From Octopus sinensis (Eukaryota), in assembly GCF_006345805.1 (NCBI RefSeq), contig NC_042999.1:170190001-170254000 (forward strand): a stretch of DNA of 64,000 nt. Direction: 5' to 3'. Below are positions 53,198-64,000 of this stretch, piece by piece. A program made the translations under genes and the position numbers. The notes below the pieces were generated by a model that did not search any database, was not told the DNA's origin, and worked only from the letters and a program-made list of their open reading frames with translations. Within the stretch, counting starts at the first letter, position 1; every line of letters begins with the position of its first letter.

Positions 53198-54438
53198 CAG
53201 GATGCGGTGAATAAATTGTCGTCTAAATTACGCAAAAATGAAAATAACACTGACATCTCATTTTAACAGATATATTTACCAAAATTACATAAATATATTT
53301 TGAAATACTAAGAGTAAATTTATTCAATACAAACGCCATTGGCTCCAACCACGGTCTCCAGACGACTTCGGAATCTCTTGTAACTCTTCTGGACCGTCTC
53401 CCTTGTTTCAGTTGGTGAATGCTGCCATAATCCTTGCCTTCAATTTCATCTTTGCAGTACAAGAAGTTTTGTTGATCTCGCCCAACGGCGCCCCACACAT
53501 AACAATCAAGAGGGTTGCAGTCTGGGAAGTTAGGTGGCCAGGAATTGTCTGACAGCCATGACTGGGTTCTCCTGTTTGTGTGGAATGGTGTCGAGTCCTG
53601 TTGCCAGACATAGAGTCTTCCAGCAGCCACCCTCTTGACCCAGGGCAGCAGAACCTCCTCCAGGAACTTGATGTAGGCCTCCATGATGAGCCTGAGGTCT
53701 TGTGGGAAGATGAATAGAAGCATAACGTCGCCACCACTAGTGATTACTTCAAACCCCATGATATTTGATTTTTATCACTCTCGGTACATGTTTTGAGGAC
53801 ACGGCAATCCAACGGTTGTTCCGTGTATTCACCATCTCATCCTGGCACGAATTTATCTCGTCTGAGAAAAACCAAAGCATGTTCGATTGGAGAGGATTCT
53901 TAAGTTTGTTCAATAGTTTCGTAGCGCGGTCTTTCCTCTTGTACTTGACGGCTTGGGATAAAAATTGGCCTTTTCTCAACTTGTATAAGGAATACCGAAT
54001 GTCTTCGTGCACTACCTGCCTGATAAGAAACTCAGACACTCCCGACTTGGAGGGATCGTTGTCAATCATGGTCTGGATCTCACCAACAAATTCAAGACTT
54101 CTTTTCTTATCAGAATGATAAGAGAGAGTTTTCCGAGCTGCCGTACCTTCGTAAACACTATGAATTAAACTCATCTAACTCTTTCCCAATCCTGTGCACT
54201 GTCCTCAGATTGACGCCCAAACACTCTGAAATGTTCGTGTTGGAGCTTCCGACATGAATGTCAAGTAGTACAGCATATCGTTTCCAAATTTCTGGCAGAG
54301 TGAATTGCGTCATGGTGCTGTTTTTCTCATAGACGATGCTCAACTGACCCTACTATACTCTGTGGTCGACAAAATCAAAAACAATGCGCATGCGCGCAAT
54401 AAAAAAGAAATTGGCGACAATTTACCCATCGCACTCTA
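53198..54438 (-). mobile_element. Tc1/mariner-superfamily element, maT (DD37D)-like, disabled
   Basis: Diverged TIRs (caggatgcggtgaataaattgtcgtc vs revcomp tagagtgcgatgggtaaattgtcgcc) in TA context. Motifs WFFSDE, WQQDS, WPPNFPDCNPLDCYVWG across three ORF pieces. Confidence 0.85.
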
Positions 54439-54450
54439 TATGTGTATGTG

Positions 54451-54490
<40 letters not shown>

Positions 54491-54503
54491 TATAATATAT
54501 ATA

Positions 54504-54536
<33 letters not shown>

Positions 54537-57454
54537 CCTTAGCACTGCTTGGAGACACAAGGCGTGTTATAAAAACCTGCCTAGACCCGCGCCTCCAGTG
54601 CAAGACATTAGCAGCTAGTATCTTCATTCTGTGTACACTAAATGTTATTATCTCTCATTGGGTGAAGTACTTTCTTGTTGACCGCACACACACATATATA
54701 TATATATATATATACAGCTGCATGTGCGTGACAAATGTATTTATATACATCATATTACACCATATATAGAAATCAATAATAGCATAAGCGGGCGAAAATT
54801 CTGAAGACATGTACTCTTAATTTCCAGGTAGATTCAGGGTGACACCGACAAAACAGCCCTTTGAATTACATTGACAATCTATCCAAAATTCTAGTAACCC
54901 AATTTAAGTCATATGACGAGGGGCGACATGGGGCTATTTTCCTATCATTAGGATAGAGTAGGGTTGAAACTAAGACCGCACATTTCAGAAGAAAACTAAC
55001 TTGTAAAAACATCTGGCGTATATATTCCTCCTTGGATGGGACATCGTTCCAACGCAGGATTACTCATTTTCATCGATTGAATGGACTGGATCAACGTGAA
55101 ATGAAGTGTTTTGCTCAAGAACACAACGCATCGCCCCGTTCAGGAATCGAAACTACAATTATACGATGATGAGTTCAACACCCTAACCACTAAGCCACGC
55201 ACCTCTATACACGTATAAATATATGGCGAAGTTGAAAACGGGTGGTGTGCGTATTCTTTACCTCCGCCTAAATATATGTACATACGTACATGTGTATGCA
55301 CACACACACACACACACACACATATATCAATCATCATCATTGTCATTTAACGTTCGCTTTCCACGTTGACCTGGACTGGACGATTAAAAGGAGCTGGTAA
55401 GCGAGAGGACTGCGCCAAACTCTTGTCAGCTTTGGCGTGGCTTCTACATCTAGATGCCCTTTCTAATGCTATTACAAACGCAGACCCATATATGCATGCA
55501 CACACACACACACACACACGTGTCAGCCTATAACTCCCTGCTTATGTTGACCTCATCATAACTGCAATTGTCCTCTGCTAATAATAGTCAATATATCTAA
55601 GTTTATAATTTACTCATACGTGTTTCAGTTATCAGACTGCAGCCATGCTGGGGCACTGCCTTGAGGAATTTTAGTTGAACGAATCAACCTTAGTATTTAT
55701 TTACTCTTTGTAAGCATGGTAGTTATTCTATCGCTCTCTTTTACCCGGCTGCTTAAATTATGGGAACGTAAACACTCCAACACTGGTTGTCAAACACACA
55801 CAGGATAGACTTCTTTTCTGTTTCCATCTAGCAAATCCACCCACTAGGTGGTGGCCCAAGGTCATTGTAGAAGACATCTGCCCAAAGTACCACGCGGTGG
55901 GACTGGACCCAGAACCATGTGCTTGGGGTTCAAACTTCTAGCTATACAGTCGCCCCTGCGCCGATACATCATCATCACCACTAAACGTCCGGTTTCCATG
56001 CTGGCATGGGTTGGACGGTTTGACAGGAACTGGAATAGCACCAGGTTCCATTGTCTGTTTTAGCAGGGTTTCTACAGTTGGCTGCCTTCCTAACGCCAAC
56101 CACTCTCAGAGTGTAATGCATGTTTTTATGTGGCACCATCACCAGTGTTTTTTTACGTGACACCAGCACCGACAGGCTCATCAAGTACCTCGCAAGGCAC
56201 CACCACCCCTTAACTGGGAAGGGGAGTAATATTGAGAGGGTTAGGGTTAGAGAGATTTAAGGTATAGAGGGGACAAATATAAGTGTGTTGCTGTTGAGTA
56301 GAAAGGTGAGTGAATTGGGGAGTAATACAAAGAGCGTGACAGAGAGAGGATGGCAGAGCTGTGTTGGGACAAACCCTCAAGGGACATTGGTCGAGGAGAG
56401 AAAAAGTGAGGAGATGCAGAGGTCTGCATTGGATGTGTGGGCAGGAAGGGGTGGCTGTAGCAAATGATGGGAGAAAAATATAAGAGACTTGGAGTGGGGC
56501 AGAGGTTCCAGTCGATATGAGGGCATTGAGGGTGATAGCAGGTAAGCGAAGAGTTGATGATGGAGAGTAGTACAGGGATGGGAGAGTAGGTGGGGAAAGA
56601 AAGGTAACTGGGGAGGGGAATGGTAAATAAGAAAGTGAGATGGAGTAGTATGTGCCTGCTCTGAGAGAGGAAGTGATAGGAGTTAGGGGTTGAGATGTGG
56701 GTGGGAGAGAAGGTTGATAGAGCAGAGTCCCTCATGAGTTGCATGTACACATATATACATACACACAAACGTATGTGTGTGTATATATACATACACACAC
56801 ATATGTATCTGTATACATACACATATACATGTGTCCATATGAGTGTGTGCCCTGAAGAATCCTTTCTGCTATAGGCACAAGGTTTAAAATTTTGGGGAGA
56901 AAAATTTAGACGTTTGTATCGACCCTTGTGGTCAACTGGTACTTATTTCATCAATACCAAAAAGGATGAAAGGCCAAGTCAACCATCTTCATTTTGAAAT
57001 ATTTGATTACCTTGAGTCTTAGAGCTTATTAAAAGCACTCAAGTCTCTTGAGTGTCAGGAAGTTTTACTTACTATTAGTAACATAGGCCCCATGGTATTG
57101 GAGTCAATAGCCTTCTTCCATTTGTGTGCCATCAATGGAATAGATAGGCAAGTGGATTTTCATTTCTCATTGATGATCATATAGTCTTTGAGAAACCGAC
57201 TTTGGCAGCAGTATATTAAAGGGGTGTTAACAAGTCTTGCGCTTCACACATCGTGGAAGAGTTGTGAGGGTAAGATAATTGGCATAGTCATGGTCAGAGA
57301 GATACAAGCTCAACTTCTGTTTGACAGTAAGGACATTATCTTGGATGCTGTCAGACTTTGCTCAAGGCAATGGCCCAGAACAATCAGAAAAGAAAAGAAC
57401 TCCTCACAGGATTCCTGTTGGAATGTTTTTACACACACACACACACACACACAC

Positions 57455-57524
<70 letters not shown>

Positions 57525-57529
<5 letters not shown>

Positions 57530-57735
57530 GTAATCCAAACAAGAAAGCACAAAAAAAAACCACAACAACGTGAGGACGTGGAACAAATATAGTATTATTG
57601 GACGCTCAGGAAAGAAGGAAAGAAGGAGGGTTTAACGTTTCGAGCGGAGCTCTTCGTCGGAAACACAGAAGGAAAGATCCAGAGAAGAGAAGACAGAGGA
57701 AAAAAAATCACCAACGGTACACACGCGGTCACATT
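57525..57735 (-). mobile_element. second PLE-tail family with hammerhead-like motif (57630-57664)
   Basis: Minus strand GTTT-CCGACGA-A-GAGC(TCC)GCTC-GAAACGTT-AAAC, followed by the shared tttcctgagcgtc motif. Confidence 0.65.
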
Positions 57736-57789
57736 TATATATATATATATCGCTGATGATCTAGCAAGATCATCAGAAAGAAGTCCGGC

Positions 57790-58075
57790 GTGAGAGATGT
57801 CATCGCAGGGTATACACGCAGCAAGTATAGATGGGCTGGACACATCGCCTGGTTCACCGATAATCGGTGGACCCACGCAGTTGTCGAGTGGTACCCGCGC
57901 GAGCGGAACAGACCACCCGGAAGACCTCCACGACGGTGGAGTTACGATTTCAGGAGGACGATTGGGATCACGTGGATGAGAAAGGCGCGATCCAGAGAGG
58001 AGTGGACAGGGTGCTGTGACCAGCGGGTTCAATATGGACGCCTGACGGACTGGTCGGTCAAGGTGATCAAGGTGA
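57790..58075 (+). mobile_element. RTE-clade LINE 3' end
   Basis: KYRWAGHIAWFTDNRWTHAVVEWYPRERNRPPGRPPRRW, typical RTE ORF C-terminus. Confidence 0.85.
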
Positions 58076-58479
58076 GATGTATATATATCGTTGCTATTAT
58101 GTTAAACTATCGTATGTCCAAATTTGGCCAAATGGGTTTTTTTTTCATTATTTAATTTCGCTGGTTCTCTTGATCAAACTATTGTATCTCCAGTTGCTTC
58201 AGATGAAAATTGTCAAAGTGTAGTACAACGGTTTAACATTTTTCAAAAGTCTAGACAGCTCTACATACGACTTTTGCAAAAATATTTCTGACTGTTATAC
58301 ATCCATGAAGTTACAATTTTATGCACCCAATAAAGTATTATTCTTAAGCTATTATTGTTGCTAATGTAAAAAGAAAATGGAATAGAGAAACTATTTTTTT
58401 CGTTTCCTGAAAAGTCAACGTTTTGGACTTACGACACTTTTGCATAACAACGATATGTGGTATATATATATATATATAG

Positions 58480-58545
<66 letters not shown>

Positions 58546-60866
58546 ATTGTGGTTAAGAGGTTTCTTTCCCAATGATATAACTTTGAGTTCAGTTCTATTG
58601 CACAGCACCTTGAGTAAATGTCTTCTACTAAAGCCCAAAGCTAACTAAGACTTTGTGAGTGGATTTGGCAGACGAAAACTGAAAGTAAAATCATTATATA
58701 TAGATACACACTCATCACACACACGTGTGTGCGCGCGCGCATCTGCGTTTGTTTTTCGGTTTCTAGATTCAACAAGAAGTTGCAAGGTGTGGGCAGTGTT
58801 GTTGTTGTTGTCACCAGTTCTCTTGTTAACAAACCTATTCACTCTGAAGCAGTATGAATTAAGAGATCCCATAACTGAAAGACAGAGGCAACAAAAAGAG
58901 CGTCCAGCCACAGAACAATGCCTCAGTCACACATATGTCTAATCTATCCTTGCAAGGAAAATGAACATAAGGCGATTGAAAAATATACTTACACACACAC
59001 ACACACGCTTGGTTTGATAACAATTTTCCTACTTGACATTCTTATTGATAGATAGACAGACAGACAGATATAGATAGATAGATACTGGCATGAAATATAT
59101 TTTATCCAGTGAGATTCTCAACTGCAGGTGAATGACAATCTTAAGACAAATTAACAAGTTATAATGATGATGGAAGCAATTGTGTCTTATTTCTTATTCC
59201 CTACAAAGACAAAGTTATTTAAACCCCATGGAACATGTTATTAGACAGTATTCTACCATTTCTGTTACAATCCATCTTTATAAAAACTAATAAGAAATGA
59301 TATGTCACAGACTCAAAGTAACAAAATTTTGGGGAAGGTAGAATAGATTTAATCAAGCCACTGGTACATATTTTGATGATTTTCATACGATTTAAACACA
59401 GAATGTAAAGAATTAATTAAATCCAACTGAAAATGTAAAATCCCTATCCATCACTAGTTCAAGAGATGTGTCACTGAAGTTACCTGTTTAAAAAAATTGA
59501 ACTAGTCAACAACGCCACTAATGCTGTTGTATTGCTGTCTTTCATGACCTGCAAACTATTCTTAGATACCTTTTTCATTGATCAACATTGAATGTAATGG
59601 TGATTCATCATTGTCGTAACATTCATTTCTTTTTCTTTTCCATGCTGGCATGGGCTGGATACTGCAAATATCTTCATTTCTTTTGTTTTGTTTCATGAGG
59701 CTTGGTGTTTCTTAGATTTCACTTCAGCAATTTTTGTCCCATATATCATCTCTAATAAGGTACAGGCATGTAATTTGGGACTCACTCCCACTATATGGAC
59801 ATAGTTGGCTTGTGTACTCTACTATAAACACAGACTGAGGTGTGTGTGTGTGCATGGGCACACCCAAGTGTATTATTTCTCTTGTTATGACATGTATGCA
59901 AATAGTTGTGTCACTGTTCATTCAGTTTCGTTTGCAATTGTCTATGAAAGCATATCCAGGATGTTTGTTGTTTGACTGGGTAGGGGAGGGGGACAGGAAC
60001 GGTTGCTTGGAAACAGGATAGGGTTAGCAGGGAAAAAACAGTTGTTAAAATGTGTGTGTGTGTGTGTGTGTGTGTGTATAAATATAGATACACACACATA
60101 TAAACTGGCAGTCTGTCACATATGAGTTCCAGTTGATCTGATCAATGGAAAAGCCTGCATGTGAAATAAACGTGCAAGAAGCAGAGTGCTCTAGACATGC
60201 ATTCTTTTAACATAGTTCTCTGGGAAATTCAGCATGACACAGAATATGACAAGGCTGCTGGCCTTTTGAATAAAGTAGCTTGCTCAATGATGAAAGGTTC
60301 CACCAGGAATTGAACTCATGATCTAACAATCATGAATCGAATACCCCAACCACAAAGCCACACAGCTTCACATATACACATATGTATATATGCAATATAC
60401 ATATATGCATAAAGATACACATATATGCGCATACACATAAATATACTGCATACACATGCATTCTAACTCAAGGATAGTTGTTCAGAAGCCGCAACACAGC
60501 TAGGTCTACCTTCTTATCACCTGACCATATATCCTTGGCCTTCCATCCTGCTACATGTTGCTCAACCACCATCTCAGATCTCCCAATCAACTGTCCTAAT
60601 TCCAGCAACCTCATCTCTTGGCCCACTTACACTTCAACAGACCAAGACCACATCACCATCATCATTTAACATCTGTCTTCCATACTGGCATGGGTGGATG
60701 GTTTGACAGGAGCTGGCAAGCCAGAGGACTGCACCAAGCGCCATTGTCTGTGTGTTTGTGTCGGTATAAATAATATGGGTGGCTTATTTGCAATTTTACA
60801 ACCTAAAAACAGAAATACAGACGTCACTAAAGTGATAAGGGACACTGGTACTGGTTAGTGCCCTTC

Positions 60867-60905
<39 letters not shown>

Positions 60906-61092
60906 CACACACACAAATATATACATATGTTACAGCAGTATAAGTGCCATGCAGTGTTTATGCATAAGCAAACTTTAGGTTGGTTATAACATGTTTGTGA
61001 TATTCTAAATGCAAATTTATATTGAATTTGCCTTTAGAAGTTGAAATACAGCACAAACATATTTCAAAGAACTGAAAATTCACACACACACA

Positions 61093-61168
<76 letters not shown>

Positions 61169-62219
61169 TGCATTCCTCCCATGATCCAATACACTAACTT
61201 TACCATGCTGTGTTGCCAGATAGCAATACCTCACCTCTGAACCACCTCTGTAACCATCCATCACTCTCACATTAATCTCATCATGCACCTCTACATCTAT
61301 GCATCTATGTATGTGTGTGTGTGTGTGTCCCCACCTATTGCAAATAACACGTTTTACTTTCCAGCCACCTCTACAATTTCCTCTGCATTATTCCTATTCT
61401 TTCCACCACTCACCCATTCTGCTCTTTCGCATGTCATTGTTCTTTCTCTGCAAAGCCCTTCTTTGGTAACCGGTGCCAATGTCCAGCCCCATTCACTTCT
61501 TTACCACCACCTTACAAATAGCCATCTGTGTTGGCACTGCTCTTTCTCCAAATTTACATTTTCTGGCCACAAGGCACTCCATCTCACTGTCCGTACTGTT
61601 AGTGGTTCACGAAAGGAGCGGGGAAGTGTAGGCTTCTTAGGTCTTCTCACCAAGGACTACTGAATAACTCTCATGTTGGTGTCATACGGAAATGCATGCA
61701 ATACATGCTGTAAAGTGGTCGGTGTTTGGAAAGGAATCAAGCTGTAGAAATCAAGTCAAATCAAGTAGCATGGTGTCCTTGTGAAACGTAGTTCTCAAAC
61801 AGAAGTACCTTGGACTGCGATGACCAGTACAACACATGCCAGCATGGAAAATGGATACAAAAGGGATTATGATGAAATTATGTATTTATACATAAATATA
61901 CACGCCCAAATGTATATATATAAGCAAATATGTATATCCATACATATATATGTACATGCATACACATACATACAGATATACATGCATACACAAACATACA
62001 AATATATATACACACACACACATAGGTATAATATATTCAAACTACCTATTCCCTATTTCCCACTGTTGAGATGACTCTTCAGTCTTGAGATAAATGAGAG
62101 CTCCTTGGTGCAGACACAATGAACAAATACTCAGTGACCTGTAAAGTGGTTGAAGTCATGAAGGGCATCCAGGCAGAGAAACCACTGGTCAACTTGAACA
62201 CACGAGCAACATGTGTGTG

Positions 62220-62229
<10 letters not shown>

Positions 62230-62258
<29 letters not shown>

Positions 62259-62469
62259 AATATATATATATATAGTATGTATATATATATATGTATTATA
62301 TATATATATGTATGTATATATATATATATATATGTATGTATATATATAATATATATATATATTATATATTATATATATATGTATGTATATATAGGTATTA
62401 TATATTATATTATAATATATATATATGTATGTATATATATATATGTATGTATATATATATATATATAAT

Positions 62470-62506
<37 letters not shown>

Positions 62507-62831
62507 GATGTATATATATAATATATATATGTATGTATGTATTATATAATATATATGTATGTATGTATGTAATATATATAATATATATATATAATATATA
62601 TATATATATTATATGTAATATATATGTATGGTATATATATATAATAATTTAATCCAAAAGGGAAACAAAAAAACAACAACAACAGGAACAATTACAGTTT
62701 ATTATTAATAGGCGCTCAGGAGATGGAAGCAGATTATATATATTATATGTTATATATATATATATATATATATGGATATATATATATATATATATGCATA
62801 TATATATATAGTTATATATATATATGTATAC

Positions 62832-62911
<80 letters not shown>

Positions 62912-62959
62912 TATATCTATATATATATATAATATATACATATATATATATACATATAG

Positions 62960-62990
<31 letters not shown>

Positions 62991-63060
62991 TATATTCTAT
63001 ATATATATACATATATAATATATAAAAATATATATATATATATAAATATATAAAGTTAAT
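62230..63060. repeat. about 800-bp degenerate (TA)n tract
   Basis: Direct reading; interrupted at about 62,650-62,730 by a PLE-tail fragment (gcgctcaggaga). Confidence 0.95.
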
Positions 63061-63702
63061 ATATATGCACACACACAAACACACATATATACACGTGTAT
63101 ATGTGAGAATACACGTACATTCACATATATGCAAGCATATTTGAATACAATATATATATATATACACATCTTTATATACATGCTCATATATTTATGAGAT
63201 ATTCGTTAAAGTATTTTGAAACAAATAATATGAATACATATATACACATGAAGTACAATTAATTCATCTGTTACATGTATATAGATATAACAACGATATG
63301 TATTACACACGTATATATGTATGCACATCTAGATATATATTATTTACATATACACATTATATGCACATCTAGAACATTTTTGTTAGACATGTACAGTCAG
63401 ACACACACTGACACAGAATGCAAAGAGAATCAAATCCACACACACAGCCTATATATACCGTGTTTACCAATCTAATATATGGATTGGAAGAATCGCTTCC
63501 ACATCGCAGAATGGCAATTGTGCTATTTTGTTCTTGTTCCTAACGTTTTGGGTTCATATCACACCCAGATGATTTCAATTTGCCTTTGATCCCTTCATTA
63601 TCAAATATAATATTAACACCAGTGAGATACTGAAGTCGATGCTATGTCAACGATTCTACTTTCCTTAAAAATCTCTGGCCTTGAGCCTGAAAGATAAACA
63701 GG

Positions 63703-63743
<41 letters not shown>

Positions 63744-64000
63744 TATATATATGTGGTGTGGTGGTGTGTGTGTGTGTGGTGTGTGTGTGTGTGTTGTGTG
63801 TGTGTGCATATCATATGTATATACGTCAATTAGATATGAGCCACACCCCCATTTATATATATATATAGACACACATACATACATACACAGAGATAGATCT
63901 ATTATATATATATATATATATATATATACGTCCATTATATATATGGCAATACACACACACACCCACACATTCATTATAGTCATAGGTATGAAGTGATCAA

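Larger units (their letters stand above)
44590..55450. promoter_or_regulatory. CpG-retaining domain, likely unmethylated promoter/regulatory region
   Basis: By eye, CG is rare in 1-44,590 outside young TEs and frequent from about 44,590. GC box GGGGCGGGGC near 46,455; GGC runs at about 46,490 and 49,428. Not counted computationally. Confidence 0.45.

Noticed and set aside
56247-56822. 191-aa minus-strand ORF
   Set aside because: Pyrimidine-rich repeat body plus microsatellite; composition-driven, no recognisable domain.

Overview
AT-rich, microsatellite- and transposon-dense animal genomic DNA. The SINE/MITE families and (TA)n load look like an Octopus-type coleoid cephalopod; this is inference, not a database match. 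There is no prokaryotic system, CRISPR array, rRNA or intact tRNA gene. Most ORF-track entries are microsatellite or antisense artefacts. The main signal is missing from the ORF track as a gene. About 14 exon-like segments on the minus strand (about 14-42,986) translate, in collinear order, into sequence matching the meiotic double-strand-break factor MEI1. The match was made by eye against my recollection of human MEI1. These segments carry at least 10 located in-frame stops plus frameshifts, i.e. a decayed intron-containing MEI1 pseudogene. One fully intact, same-strand exon for a 10-Cys follistatin/Kazal module (6,091-6,306; agrin/tomoregulin-like) sits between two of the dead exons. A possible signal-peptide first exon (49,350-49,456, minus) lies in a CpG-rich domain that starts abruptly at about 44.6 kb. 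Mobile DNA includes a near-complete Penelope-like element with hammerhead-like 3' motifs, a full-length mariner, a maT-like Tc1/mariner, hAT, CR1-like and RTE fossils, piggyBac-type MITEs and many SINEs. A 100-N gap lies at 49,683-49,782.
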